Positions 1 through 14,355 of a stretch of 64,000 nucleotides of DNA are shown piece by piece; position 1 is the first letter of the stretch, and each line of letters begins with the position of its first letter. Source of the DNA: Lama guanicoe (Eukaryota). The translations under genes were made by a program, and so were the position numbers. Under the pieces are notes generated by a model. The model saw only the letters and a list, made by a program, of their open reading frames with translations. It ran no database searches and was not told the origin of the DNA. The stretch spans positions 3,375,567 through 3,439,566 of the forward strand of contig MU053629.1 in assembly GCA_013239625.1 (NCBI GenBank), in the 5' to 3' direction.

Positions 1-1660
1 TGGACTGGAAGGAAACTCTGAGACAGACAGACTATGTCTGAAAGACCCTCCCAAGCCCGCCCCACTGCCCGCCACAGTGAGCACCAAATACATTTTCACT
101 GGTTGGCGATTTATATGCACTGAGTGTTTCTGGGACCTGGGCTGTATTTCAACCTCCAACAGACTCCCCTGGACATTATAATCTGGCAACAGCAAGCGGA
201 CCTGTCCCAGCAGGGTTTACCTAATCCAAGTCAGAGAGTTCCTCACCAAAGATTCATTGAAGACCAAGTTACACAAAACAAAACACAGACAAGGGGGGAA
301 AAATGCTCTCAAACATTTCAGCCAGCAGGTTTCCTGGAGTTCACAGAAAGACAGCTTGAACACATTCCTTTAACTCAACGTGTCCCTCAGGTTTACTTTT
401 CGTTGTTGTCTGGAGGAGTCCCTGATTCTCAGCACGACTTACCTCAAAGCAGTGAAACAGGTGGAGGAGGAGACTGCCATTGTCCCTGAACGTCCCAACA
501 CACTGGAGAGAGTCTGGAGAACCCCAAACAGATCCTGGACTCCCCAAGCCTAGATAACCACCCAGGCTCAAACAAAACCACATCCAATAGCTTGTCTCGG
601 CTGGTATGTACCCATGTACTGCTTAGGCAGGGAGGTTCCAATCAAGGTCTTTGGAAAAAAAGGACCCTAACTGGATGTTTCTGCCCCAGCAGAGAGTGGA
701 AAAGGACAAGAGCACCACATTGGGCCAATGTGGACCCAACATTCCTTCTCCAAGTTGTCATGACCATTGCAGTCACTCCTGGACAGGCAACAGGGGATGA
801 CTCCCAAAGATGCATAAATAACAAGAGTTAGACCCCCACTGGATCAGCTGAGCCATGTCATCTACTCAAGTCACAATAAGAAAGACACCATCCCAGCTCA
901 AAGCAAGAAGAAAACTGGGCTTCGACACTGATCAAGGGTGCCGCTGATATCAAATAAAACCACGACATTAACCAGTCATTGACTGCAAACTGTGCCACTG
1001 GAAAGAGGGTCATCTGTGAGTATTTGGAGGAAATGAGCCAAAGGGGAAGGATTTGCTTCAGTTGGACTCTTGGCAGAGAATTTCTCCAGGCAGCTGCCAG
1101 GTCTACCCTGCCCACTTGGCGGCCAGGCTCGCAGAAGAGTCGATGCCCACGGTGCCTGCCGTGGGTCATCCCGTCAAGAGCATTCGCCTCACTGGTGCTC
1201 ACCCGGAAGCCTTCCCCAGGGAACGTGAACAGTCTACCCAGAGAGGCGTGGGAACACAGCAACCGGCCCCTACAGGCATCCCATTCTCCTACCTTTGGGG
1301 ACACAGAGGCATCCCAGTGCCCGCCAGTCTCATGACTCAGTCCCCTGAGCCTCTGGGAGCACCCACCAAACTGAGCCTTTGGACCAGCAAAGCTGAGCAC
1401 CAGACCATGACCCACAGTGGTCTCCCGGGTCTGCACCCTTGGGTGGCATCTCAATTTCACGTCAACCCTCAACGACCTTTTCCAGAAGCGTTTCATCAAA
1501 AGTCAGAGTCGTACAGATGACCCCACAAATTCCCCATATACGTGATACACAATTTCCCTCCAGACCCCCATAAACCCATGAGCCCTCCACCCCAAGTACC
1601 ATCATGTACTAAACTGTGGTCTGTTTCTTCCTTGATGCCCACAATCGCCTAGGCAGCTCA

Positions 1661-1966
<306 letters not shown>

Positions 1967-4900
1967 TCACCGACTTTGGGGAACATCAAGCTACACCTGG
2001 CCTGAGTTATTTAACTAACTCTGAAAAGAATTCAACAAAGTGTGATTCACCTCAGCCTTGTTTCCTGCAATGAAATCCAAGCCTGAGAAATGGTGGCCTT
2101 GGTGGCTTTTCAAGAGTATTTCCTCCAAGGTTTAACACTTGGAGACCCTCCACAAAGCCCAGTCCCCACCCCTCCATTCCTGCTCTCTAACCCCCTCAGC
2201 TCAGATGATGACCCAGCACATCAGTCTTTCGCTTCCCCCAACTGCTTTCTGCAGAAGCCCCCAAATGTATCAGGTTGCCTGAAAAGAATCGGCTCCCCTC
2301 ATGTGTTCCCCACCTTTCTGCCCTCCTCCCCAAATGTCCCTATTTTGGGGCTCTCAAATGTCAGCAAATCTGCAAAGTACACAAATGCCAAGGAAAAAAG
2401 CAACAGCTAATTATAAGAAAGTAATTAAGAGAGACAGCCACGATGATGATAATTGTAATTAGAAAGTGCCTGGCAATTTCTTATCACGCAGTCAAATGCC
2501 TCCTGAGTTGGGAGGCAACAGCCACAAAGTTTCCATCAACTACCCCAGTGCTGAGAAGGCTTATTGGCAGCAGTCTGAGAAAGGGAGATTATTTCTCTCT
2601 CCCTTTGACGTCCGCATTTTCTCAAGGTCATCCATTGCTCCCGAGAGATCTGCCCCACCATCTAATCCATCAGTGAGGGATTACAGAAACCTCTTTTGCC
2701 ACCCTCGCCAATTCTGAAAGCTCGGGAAATCAGCAGCTTCCATCAACCCTGTCAGTTTCTCAGAAAGGATCAAGATGAAGCGCTTTTTCTGACAAGGGGC
2801 TGGAGACCTTCTCTCTGCCTGGAACTGGACTGGGCTGGGGGAGCTGGTGGCCCCCCGATGGTGAGCTCCGAAGAGCTGCCACTGCCTTCCAAACAGCCAC
2901 CCTGCTTCCAAGTCCAGTACCTGTCTGGATGCCACCAAGAGGGCACTGACAGGCTAGACAACAAAGTCCATTTGTTGGGGGTGTCCCCAACCAAATACAA
3001 ACACTGACCCTGAAGCTGTCGCCTTAGCTTTGCCCGGTCCCCCCAAGCCAGGCAGACCCCGAAGAGCCATTTCAGAGTCCCCACTGGCTAGTGATCTGCA
3101 GTCAGCCCATCCTCTGCAAGTCTGAGATGTGGTGGGTCTGAGGGGAGCCCTGGCCCTTGAGTCCTTCGCATTTGTACAAGTGGCTTTCGGGCCGGGTTCT
3201 GGTTTGTGCTGAAGACTCAGTGCCCTGGGGAGTGACCAGGGCCTACTAGCCAACCTACTTCTTACTGGGGAAACAGCCTGGACCCTGACCCCAGTGACCA
3301 CTGCCACTCAGAGCCACAACGAGCTACTCGTGTAGCTACTAGCAAGACCCCAGTCAGTGACGCCTGCTGCGCGGCCTCCCCTGCTCCCACCAGACTTTCC
3401 AAACAAGCTCAAATGGGTCAATGTCCCCAGTATACACTGGAGACACTAGGTGTCCCTCCCTGGGTCCCCATCCCAGACCTGGCTTCAGCTGTTCTCTCTT
3501 CCCTCCGTCCCACCACCTTTGGCTGAGGTCCCAGCAGGCTCCACAGCTGGACCCGTCCACCTTCCAGCAGACCCTCCCAGCAGCTTGTCAGGTGAGCTCA
3601 GACACCTCCAGCTGCTTTCTGATTGAGGAGAGCAGCACCTTGACCCCTGGAGGTTCTCTGGGTGTCAGGAGGGCAGGTAGTGAACCGTGAACCTGCCGGG
3701 TGTCAGGGCTACAAGGGACCTCACAGAAAATCATGTCCAACCGCTTCATATTATACATGGAGGAACTGAGGCCTGAGTGCTTGCTACCCCATGAACAGCG
3801 TGTGGCCTCTTGGCCTGGGAGAAAGATGCTGGAGGATGAGGCTCCCGGAGACAGAGGCCTCAGAAGGGGGAGGCTGGTGAGAAGTACCCAAGACCATGGG
3901 CCATCACGATTCGCCCAGGCTAGACGTCCTCCCACACCCAGACAGAGCCAGTCCAGAGAGAAGAGCAAAGGGCTTCTGGAGTTGACTCCCAGGAGGGCGA
4001 GGGCTGGAAACGGAGGCTAGAGGATCCGTGTCAACTCCCTGAGGACGGCAACTGTGCAGGGGCTTGGAGCAGCTCGAGGAAGCAAGGGCCAAGCCTGCCC
4101 TGCCAACCTTCGCCTCTCTCTGGCCCTCTGACTCCTGGTCTACCTCCTGCACCCTCTTCCTGGCTGGAAGGGAGGTACCCTCAGGGGCTCTGAGCAAGCT
4201 CCCAGCTCACTCTTTCCTTGGCCTCTCCCCAAAGCCCCTGGGATGCCTAGCACCTCCCCCGGCTCAGCCCTGTAACCAGCACATGGGCTCTCGGTGACCC
4301 TGCACATGGAGAACCGCCATCCCTCAAACCTTGGGCCTGACTCCAGGGGTGTGGCTGCGGTCCCACGGTCCCCCACCCCCATCACCCTGGTGTGTTGCCT
4401 GGGCTATTTGCTTGTCAAAACCTCAATCCATTCATATTTCATAGGTGCTGTTTGGACAGTGTTGTTTAAGGCATGAAATATTGATAGCAAATATCTGACT
4501 CTCAGATGGCCGTATTTGGCAACTGGGCCACTGTGTGTTTGTGTACCTGGTGGGGAGGGGACAGGACAGGGGGCTGCGAGGCGTCTCCTGAGGAGGAGTG
4601 GAGGTGAGACCCATGACCCTCCCTGGGGCAGGGGCGCCTGACTCCTACCCCAAGCTCCAGGATAGCCCCACAGTGGGCAGCCCCTCCTCAGAGGGCTGAG
4701 GTTTACAGAGCAGCCACTCCTAGAGGGGGCCGGTCCCCTGAGTTCGATCAGAACCCAGTCCTTCATGTCAGCTGACCCTCTAGGAGGGGCTGAGCTGGGG
4801 GTCTGCCACCTGGCCTCCCTCTCCTCGGGCTCCTGTAACTTGAATCGGGGACATTTTGTCCCCACCGCTGCATGCATCTGCTGTAATGGGCAGGCAATTA

Positions 4901-5029
4901 GGGGCTGGCTCTGACTGAGGGCCCCCTGGCCCACTGAGAAGTTTCAACCTCTGCCCTCCCAGCTTCCACCCACCTACCATCCTGCCTCAGCCCTGCCACT
5001 CACCTCCCGGGTGCTAGAGGCACATTTAG

Positions 5030-5275
5030 CGAGAAGCAGCCCGGCGGTTAAGAGCACAGACGGCACCCAGGGAGCCGGGTCTGGACCCAGCGATGCCACT
5101 TGGTAGCTCTAGACTTCAGGCAAGTTACCGCCATCTCTGTGTCACTCCTCATCTGTTCAATGGTGGAACGGTGACAGGATGGGCCTCAGGCTGTGTGTGA
5201 GGATTCAATCAGTTGACAAAGTACCCAGAGCGGAACCTGGGGTTTAGTAAGTGCTGGGTGAGTCTCACTGTTACC
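5030..5275 (+). mobile_element. MIR SINE fragment
   Basis: Degenerate MIR core (ggcaagttacc...ctctgtg...ctcatctgt...aatgg) and 3' part (gtgaggattcaat...gtaagtgct). Boundaries approximate. Confidence 0.6.
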
Positions 5276-5552
5276 AGGAAGGTGTCCTCAGATTCGAGGC
5301 AGGGTCCTTGTGATACCTAAGCCTCCTTTATCCTTCACACACAGGCCCTCTCTCTCCCTCCCACCCCTTCACTGAGGTTGCAGACACATAGGGTGGGCTA
5401 TATGGACCTGCTGCCAGACCCCTGGTTGGGGGCCGGTATGCTGGTGGGCAGCCCCATCCCTACCCCTGGTGGAGTGGCCAGGATGAAAGGGAATGTGATG
5501 GGCCACATTTAAACTCCGTATCTGCCAACTGAAGTTAAAATTATAGGACAAT

Positions 5553-5722
5553 CAGCAAGTGATTTAACTTTCTGTGCCTCAGTTTCTTCATCTGTAAAAT
5601 GGGGACAACCATAGTACATACCTCATGGGTTGTTGCAAAGATTTAATGAAGTGATACATACTGAATGCTCGGACCAGTGCCTGGAACACAGGAAGTACTC
5701 AGCAGGCAGGAGCTGCTATTAT
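5553..5722 (+). mobile_element. MIR SINE
   Basis: Near-consensus core gcaagtgatttaactttctgtgcctcagtttcttcatctgtaaaatgggga. Confidence 0.85.
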
Positions 5723-5724
5723 AT

Positions 5725-5757
<33 letters not shown>
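5725..5757. repeat. (TC)n(AC)n compound microsatellite
   Basis: Read directly from the sequence. Confidence 0.95.
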
Positions 5758-7234
5758 AGCCATGGGGTCTGGACTCGGTGTCTAAGATAAACAACAGCTG
5801 CTACCACTTAACACTGTTGTCAATGGGCTACCAGCTTCTGAGCACCTACTATGTGCCAGGCCTTGGGGCTTTCACACATGCTACCTCATCCCCTGTCACA
5901 GGCCAGCCCAGCCCACCTTGTCTCCCCTTTGTGGATCTCCAGCTCCTGGGGGACAGAGGTTGCTTCCTACTTGGCCTTTTAAAACCCTCATGCTGCCAGG
6001 CACACAGTAGGTGCTCCTTGTTTGTGGGGCCCAAGGGGAGAGCCACCTGCCCCAGGAGAGAGGACCAACGTGCATGCAGGGAGGGCGTGGTGGTCTTCTC
6101 TGAGCTTGGCTTCAGAGCTCAGTCTTGGGGAAGTCACCAAATCTCTAGACGCCCCTTGGCTCCGGCTACTTCTGGTCCTGTGGGACCAGGCTGATTGCCG
6201 TCTTGAGGGATGGTGGGGGGGGGGCTTGGACCAAGCCCAGCCGTGGGTGTGAGCAGACCTGGGTTTGTGTCTACCAGCATCCGTCTCAGTGATATTAAAC
6301 AACTCACTCTCCTCTCCAGGCCCTGCAACTTCACCTATAACTCAAGATTATTAGAGCACAGGAGGTCTCAAGTCCCATTCAGTGAAGGTGGGCTGTCACC
6401 CGCACACCTCTTTCAGGAAATGCCACCATTGTTCTAGTCCTGCTTCCTGGCCCCCAAGCCCCATCCCCTTCCTATGACCTAGGAAACCTCTTCTCTTGAT
6501 CTCACAGGGACCCCTGGTTTCTGGCCTCCATTTCTTTGGAAAAGGCACTGGATTAAGAGCTAGGGGACCTGAGTATCAGTCCAGGCTCTGGGCTACCTGA
6601 CACGAGACTCTGGGAAGGTGACTTCCTCTCTTGTCTATAAAGCAGGGGCTTTGGGACCCATCACCCTGTTGACACCCTTAATGCTTCTAGGGCTGCTCTG
6701 GCTCCGCCATGTCACTTCACAGCAGCTGGAAGCTTGAAACGCTTCCCCTGGGCTCCCAGCCCCCGGTCATCTGGGTCAGCAGGGCCTGGCCCTGCCTCCA
6801 TCACCCTGCTCCACCAAGAAGCTAGAAGGACTTCAGCCACCCCAGGGTGCACATTTGTGGAGGGTGAAATATTTTCCCACCAGAGTCTCCTTACCTACAT
6901 GGACTGCCTCCTGACTGGCCCTGCCACGTCCCCATTTAGCATGGTTCATCTGGTCTCCCCAATTAGACTGTGAGCTCCCTGAGGGTAAATCCAGAGTCTT
7001 AAACCTCCCTGGACCTGCCCATGTGCCATGCCTTACAGATACCCCATGTGTGGCTCTTGGTGGCTCTTCTGGGTACCTCCCTGTGCTTCGCAAGAGACAC
7101 TGACAAGCCAGGGGAGAAGGGTGAGGATGCAGCGGAGGTGGACTTCTGACCTGTGAGGGTCACGTGAAGGCTGGGACCTGTGTGTGGGGTGTGGTTTAGT
7201 GTGGAAAAGGGAGCAGTGGGTGGGAGGCAGGTCA

Positions 7235-7430
7235 AAGTCAGCTGACAGACTGAATGGCTGCCAAAGAGAAGTGGGAACCCCTCTGTCCCAGCCAGAATAG
7301 GGACTCAGGGCTGCATATAACAAATGGGCAGATTTCTACTTAACTCAAGGCAAGACTTTCTACCCCTTGAATGGGTTCAGCAGTTCAGAGGCTTCTTTCT
7401 ACAGGTGGGGAGCCACCCATCACTGGGAAC
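7235..7430 (+). mobile_element. L3/CR1 LINE 3' fragment
   Basis: Motifs gcagatttctacttaactcaaggcaagactttcta and gtggggagccacccatcactgg resemble the mammalian L3 3' end. Confidence 0.5.
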
Positions 7431-7469
7431 CCCCAGCAGAGCACAGAGGACCCACAGATGCTGGAGGGT

Positions 7470-7650
7470 AGGGGTCAGCGGGCAAACTATAACCCTCGAG
7501 CCAAATCCCACTGTGCTTTGTTGGCACACGGCCGTCCCCATTCATTTACATACTGTCCAAGGCTGCTTTTGCACTACGAGGGCAGAGCTGAGTCATTGCC
7601 ACAGAGACTGATGCTCAGCAAAGCCTAAACTATTAACTGTCTGCTTCATT
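7470..7650. mobile_element. hAT-Charlie MITE (MER58-like)
   Basis: Motifs ggggtcagc..caaacta, cattcatttacatactgtc..ggctgcttttgcactac..ggcagagctgag..gccacagagac and aaagcctaaa. Confidence 0.75.
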
Positions 7651-8191
7651 ATGGGGGGGGGTCCCCGATTTGGTGGGAAATGGACCTGTGGGACTTTTAA
7701 GGTCCTTTCTCCCCTTCTACGTCATTTATGCACTCCCCAGTATGACCAGATGATAAACCAAAGCAAAATGTGCTTAGGCAGTACCCAGTGACGCCTGGCC
7801 TCCTTTCTAAAGCGGAACGCGGGGTCCACCTGAAGGAACAAGGGGCCACAGATGCTCACTGGACACTTTATTTCGGTCCTCTTTCCTCCTGGGAGAACAA
7901 GGAATATGGACGACTTAACGACCCCTTGTACTGCAGTGATGGTTCTCGGGTGGACACTAGCAGCTGGGGAAATGAAAGAGAAAACAAATACACATCCTTC
8001 CTCTTCGCTGGGCACTGACTATCGCTGTCCCATTTCATCCTATTATTCCTACTCCATTTACAGTTGGGAATCTAAACCACAGAAAGGGCTAAGTAACTGG
8101 TATAAATCCCCATCGCTACCAGGAGGCTGAGCGAGATCCGTGTTTCCCAACCTTGTTTTCATGACCACGCCCCCTACTTCCCAGGAGCCGG

Positions 8192-8769
8192 GAAGGTAGC
8201 AGGCAGGTAGCTAGATGTGAGCAGAGAAAGGGGGGCACGGCCAAATGGCAGGAAACCATACGTCTGTGAACAACGGGGTCCTTGGACAGACCAAGAAAAG
8301 CAGGAACCTCTGGACTGATAAGAAAACATACCTTCTGGGTTGGCAAGTGTCCCGGAGGCCGACAAAAAGATTGGACGAGACAGGAATCTCTACTATCCGA
8401 ACGTAACTTGCTGCTCATTATACCTCCATCCGAATGTAACCTTTTGTTCGTTATGACCTCATCCAACTTCCTGATTAAGACTAAATAAGGACGAAAAATC
8501 ACTCCTCTCCACCTGGGAAGGTGGAGCTGGGATTAAGATCAGGAAAGATGACTCCAAACCTCTCCCCACCAATGAACATTCTGCCCGTTCATTTTTACAT
8601 CCATATAAGGAACTTGCCAAGGACACTCAGGGCAGCCACCCACCTGGGTCTGCCCGCTCTTCCTTGAGAGCGTACTGTCTATCCCTGAATAAATCCTTGC
8701 TTTGCTTTCTTAACCTCCTTGTCTCATTTCTGAATTCTTTCCACGACAAGAACCTGCCTTTTGACAACA
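8192..8769 (+). mobile_element. ERV solo LTR (probably ERV1 class), copy A
   Basis: Aligns over about 540 bp with 33972-34514. Has a TATA-like catataagg near 8602, AATAAA near 8688 and an end at ...aaca. No primer binding site or internal sequence follows. Confidence 0.85.
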
Positions 8770-8944
8770 ATTGTAGACCCTTTTTTCTTAATCACCCCTT
8801 CCCATGAAATTCTAATACCACAGATACGCTGTATATCTGTGTATGTATATCCGTGCTTTATATGTAAACAGACTGACAATTTTTACCCATTAAGAACTCA
8901 TGTGCTGGACAGTCTCCTTTTGGCCCTCCAGATCATTTTTTCCC

Positions 8945-9315
8945 TGCTTCTCCTCCCTTCTCTGTGCCCTGAGAAGTGCACCTCCTGCATTAACAGGCCT
9001 CCTTGCCCTCTGGCTTCTGGATGGGTTCAGCTGGTGGGGGGTAACAGCAGGAGATGGGCGGCTGGGCAGAAGGGGAGGCTGGACCACGGGTTGGTGGTGG
9101 CGGTGGTGCCAGTGGTCCTCGCTCCTACAGCTCAAGGTCCTGGGGGGGCTTCTTCCGGCCCAGGGACGGAGGGCTCCTTAGTTGCTAGCCCGAAATGCTG
9201 TACCATCTCTTGTTAGTTTCCCTTATCCCTTCTCATGTCTTTATAAATAATCGTTGTATTAAACTCTTCTCAGTTAACATACCATCTATTTCTCAGCGGA
9301 TCTCTAACTGATCCA
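8945..9315 (+). mobile_element. Old ERVL-type LTR (LTR33-like)
   Basis: ctctgtgccctgaga...ctccttgccctctggcttctggatgggtt and a 3' end attaaactcttctca...ctaactgat. Confidence 0.6.
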
Positions 9316-10536
9316 GTGGCCAAGCCACATCCAAGGCCTTCTCTTAACCACATGCTCCACCATCACTTGGACCACAGGTTGAGATAAGTGAGTGCCAATG
9401 CCAGATCTGTCACCAACTTGCCGAGTCCCCTCCCTCCGCTGGGTCTGTTTCTCTGTCTGTAAAATGAAGGGGTCAGATGACATGATCCAAATGTCCCTTC
9501 CAGCTCTGGGAGTCTAGGACTTGACTGTAGCAATGGTTGCTTTCTGGTTCACTGATTCAACCCAAGTTTGAAAAGAATCCAGTCCACAAATGCAGGCACA
9601 GAGCTCAGCATGGGAACAAGCGTGTTCCAAGGTACAGATGCAAGGCCAGAGCATCAGTCCTGGGCTAGGCGTGAACCTGCACAAAGCAGCCCAGGACCCA
9701 ATATGGGGATCTTGGCATTGAGCAAAAGGCTCCAGGTCAGACTTGGGGAGTCCTTTGCAAACACACTGCTGGGCCAACGCTGGCCCTTCCCCGACCAAGG
9801 CACCGGGTCTGCTGTCCCTCGCTCATGGTGAGCGCTCTGAATCAATGCTCAATCCTATTAGTATTCCACCCAAGATGACCCACAAGTCCCTGAGGCATTC
9901 ATGGTAATATATTTTGCCTGGCGGTTTGCAAATGGTCTTACTAGTTAATGGAACTATAAAAATTACTTACATGAAAAGGTCAAGATAAATAAAGAAGACG
10001 TCCATGCTCCCTGGCCAACTTGCCGGACACCCACCTAGGACAAAGGAAGGCCTGGGAACCAGGGGAAGGAGACAGTCTGAGTCCTACAGCATATGGCTTC
10101 TGGAGCTTCCCCAGACCCGTTTCCCCAGTGCTCCCAGGCACGCTGATCAGCCCTCCACCAGCGCTCTTGGCTAGAGTCTCAGATCAGGCTGTCATTTGTA
10201 TCTGCTTGGAAAAAAAAACGACCTACATCCAAGTGGGCCCAGGTGCCAATGCCAGAGTGACACATTTAGCATGAGTGCTTCTGCCATGGCCAAGGTCACA
10301 TGGCACGTGGTGGGGGGAGTGTGGGTCTATGTGTGTCTCTGTCGAGGAGTCACCAAGGGAAGCTTTAGAACAATTCATCAGATGTGTATCATTCATTCCT
10401 TTATAATTACCAGCCCTGCATTCCCTCCAAGGCCAGGAAGAGCCAAAACAGCTGGCCCTTCTTCTCAGCACATCTAGAGTTGGCTTTTAATTGCTGTGGT
10501 CATATCTGGCTCCAAAACAGGAATAGTCAATTAAAA

Positions 10537-10560
10537 AGAGAGAGAGAGAGAGAGACAGAG
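10537..10560. repeat. (GA)n microsatellite
   Basis: Read directly from the sequence. Confidence 0.9.
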
Positions 10561-13529
10561 AAGCATTTCACCTGCAGGGCTGATAGGATGGAAGGACCTG
10601 AAGGGCCAAATGCTCTCCTGGTCTGGGACCTGTGGGTCCCCCTTCTTCCCAGTGGGGGTCCTGGGGAGGCTCACATAGGACTCTGGGATGGGTAACCAGG
10701 GGGTGGCCACCTCTATCCAACCTGCCAAGCTGGCCCATGGCCTCTCATCTTAATTCAGTGGTGTCCTGGCTGAGAATTATTCTGTGGCAGTCCAGCATCC
10801 TCTAAAAGCCGGGGTCCCTGTTCTGCCACTCATTAGCTACGTGTCCTTGCACTGCCTATCCTGTCCTCAACTTTCCTTGTCTGTAAAATGGCTGTAGACT
10901 TAGTTAATTCATACAAAGCACCTAGAACTAGAAGTTAGTTATCATTGTTGTTGGCTGTTTGTTTTTGGGTTTTTTTATGCCATTGTTACTGAGATTCCTC
11001 TTCTGAGGACTGGCCAGGGCAGGTGGGATGCATGGCCCCAGAGCATCCGGAGGCTCATTTCCACCTCAAAGGATGACAGAATGGCCAGAGTTTGACCTGA
11101 AAAGGGTTCCTCATTCACCAAGGCAGGGAGGGGAGAGCCAGAGCACTGGGTATACTGGAGGTGCAGGGATTGGGGGCACACAGGGGAGGGAGGAGAGACA
11201 GTCCACGTTCAGCTTACTGGTGAATTATAATTTACCCAGGGGACCACCGTCCATACCCCTTTCCTCTTCCGTTTCTCAGAGGAGAGAGCATGGAACAAAA
11301 GGAGGCCACGGTCTGGCTGCCAGGCCCTTCCTCTCGCAGGGACCAGTGGTTTGTGTTTCTAGGGGGAAATGTGAACCTGTGGGTGGTACCTGCAGCCCAG
11401 TATCCTCCCTGCCCCTGGACCCTCTGTTTAGTTATGCAAATACCCACCACATATGCATTCACCTGCTCTGTGCCAGGCTCTCAGGGCAGCGATGATGCGG
11501 AGGAGTGGCCAGGCTGTGCGCTGCCCTTGGGACTCCCCGGCAGTGAGTACTCCTCCTGCCTGCCTGGAGTTGTGCACAGAGGGCTATGCTCTGATCCCCA
11601 CGGGTCAGGACTGTCACGAGGTCAGAGAATGGACTCGGGAGCCAGGCTGTCTGGATTTATCCCATGTCAACTGCTTAGTATAGTGCCTGGCACATGGGAA
11701 CCTAGCTATTATTTCTTTCAAGGTCATCTGTTCCATTCCCCTGCCTCTGAGCAATCACTCAACCCAAAAGCATTTGTGTGCTGGACACCGTGCCAGGTGC
11801 CAGGAGTACCATAAGGAAGTAGCCGCAGTCCTTGCTTCCACCACGGGCCCGTGGGAAAAGGAGACCACACTGAGGGGTGAGCGAGTGAATGAGCAGGGGC
11901 ATGAAAATGTTTCCGGTACTGAAATCCCAGACAGATCAGGGTGCAGGATGGGCGCCAGGAGAAGGTGGGCCATTCTTCCACGTGTTGGCAGACAGGGCAA
12001 GGGCTTCACTGAGAACGCGATGCTGGACTTGGCTCATTTACACGTTACTGAGCACCTCCCACGGGCCAGATACTGGATCAGCCTTCCCCACCCCCACAGT
12101 CCATGGGAAGGTTTCTGCTAAGAAAACTTCCTTTACCCTCCCCTTCTTCCAGGCCTTTAGCTTCTCCAGCCTTGGCACCCCCTCCTGCCCTCTTTGCTCT
12201 GGCACATGGAACTTCTTCTGGTTTTAAGTGAGCCCCACCTCCCCCCCCCTTGGGCCTCCTACAGCAGAAGCCCTCCCTGACTACTGCCCACCCCCACCCC
12301 CCACCCCTAGCCTGGGTTGGGTCCCCTTCTCTCCCACAGCATCCACTTTGCTCCACAGGCCACAGCATGGACTTCTGTGCCACTTGTCTGTCTCCCATAA
12401 GCTCTGGAGAGACAAAGAATAGGCCTCTGTAGTTCATCCTATGTTCCAGTACCTAGTGCGGCACATGGCAGGTACTCCACAAGCATATGCTGAATGAGTA
12501 AGTATCTGAATCTGGAAAGACTCCCCCCGTGTCTCCCTGCATCCAGAGCTCTGCTTGTCTCTCATGTGGGCCACACCAGTCTGGCTGGGATTGAACCTGT
12601 AATTCAGCTAAGAGACCAGGGCAATGCCAAATCCCAGATTCCTCTGTGGTGGGACAATGAAATGATCTTTAGGAAAACTTCAGTGACTCTCCAGGAAGCA
12701 GACAAGGACCGTTCCAGCAAAACCCAGAAAGAAGGATTTGAGTCTGGGGTCTCGGCCTCCACACTCCAGCCTGGAGCCCTGAGGACCACCTATCATCATA
12801 CTCCAGTATCAGACCACAAGATCCCCTGGGGACCTATATCTCTACAGATCACCCCAAGATATTAGCCTGCCTCTCAGGGCTCGCCTCGGCACGGCTTAAC
12901 TGTTAATAATTGTTTATTACTGAAAATTGCCAACTTGTCAGAATGTCCCTATCGGGGTTTGCAAGTAAAGCAATCGTGTCCAACCACCGGGCCTGATAAA
13001 AGCGTTGGCATTGCAGTAAGTTCCCTTGCTCAGTCCTGCAGTACCCAGATCTGCTTGTGGACACTCTTTGTACCCTCGGCCTCCCTTGCTTTGTAAAGGA
13101 TTTTCCCATCTAAGCTGTTCGAACCACCAACCCTGCCTTCTTGCAAGGAGCAACAGCTTTTCAACTTGTTAATGATGTTGGAACATACGGCCTGAGTCAG
13201 CAACCCCCAGCGCACGACCTGAGAAAATCTTTTCCTGGGTTTTTTCCTCCCATTTGACAGATGCTAGGCTTTCTCCAGAAAGACACATTCCAACTGATTG
13301 ATTTTTTTTCCTTTGGGAAATTGATCCTTACCACCTACAAAGAAAGCAAAACATGAGGCTTGTCGAGCATCCTTTTAATGCTCTGATGTGAAAACCAATC
13401 CCCTGGTTCTGTCTTGTGACTTGCCTTCCCTGAAGGAGCTAGCCGCTGCTCCTGGCCACGTGTGACAGGGTCCCACAGGAGGCGCGCTGGGGGGAGGGAC
13501 AGATGGACCTCAGAGAGGCCCCCGCAAAG

Positions 13530-13785
13530 GGACGTGGTTAAGCACACTGGCTTCAGGTTGGACACACCTAGGTTCAAGTCCTGGTTCTCCCACTTAGCTG
13601 TGTGGCCTTAAGTCAATTAAAATGACCTAACAACACAAAGCCCCAGGTTCTCCATCTACAAATCTGGTCCAATAGCATTACCTAAATAAAGGGTTGTTGT
13701 GAGAGGCTAAATAAAATAATACCTGTAAAATGGCTGGCAGGGTGGGCTCTTAGCAAGGCACTCATAAATCCCAAGTCTTACTACT
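13530..13785 (+). mobile_element. MIR SINE
   Basis: gtggttaagcac...ctaggttcaagtcctggttct..cacttagctgtgtggcctt...gggttgttgtgagaggctaaat. Confidence 0.75.
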
Positions 13786-14054
13786 ATGCTTGGTTTTGGA
13801 AGAGGCAGCCCCCACACAACACTCAAACATGTGGAACTTGGGGACTTCAGCAGGCACTCAAACCACAGCATCTCTAGAGCAGAAGGGGCCAAGGAATCAG
13901 AGGCCCCACTTCCATCACCTCATCCAGGGCTGGGAGCCCCTCTCCTACATCCCAGGGCAAACCTCTACCGAGAGGCTTCTACCAACAGGGAATGCACTCT
14001 GCTCCAACTTCACTCAGTTGCATCCACATCCTCAAGGGAGGAAGGCTCCCTCTA

Positions 14055-14355
14055 ACCACTGGGCCTTTGCACATGCTATTCTCCTTCTCAGAGATACTCT
14101 TCCCTCCTCCTTGCTGGCTAATTCATCTCTCAGGTCACCTTAGATGTTGCCTACTTTAGGAAGCCATCCCTGGACACCTTCGAAAGGTTAGATGCTCTCT
14201 AGCACCTGTCCTTCCCCATCGAAGTACAGGTCACATGTCACTGTTCTGCCTGGAGCCTCTGAAAAGGAGATGCTCAGTCTCTCTCACTACAGTGATGGCA
14301 CGAAGCAGAAGCTTAATAAACATGTGTTGAATGTATGAATGAATCAATCAATGAA
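14055..14355 (+). mobile_element. L2 LINE 3' end
   Basis: gggcctttgcacatgctattc...aggaagccatccctg...aataaacatgtgttgaatgtatgaatgaat, the typical L2 (TGAA)n tail. Confidence 0.75.
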
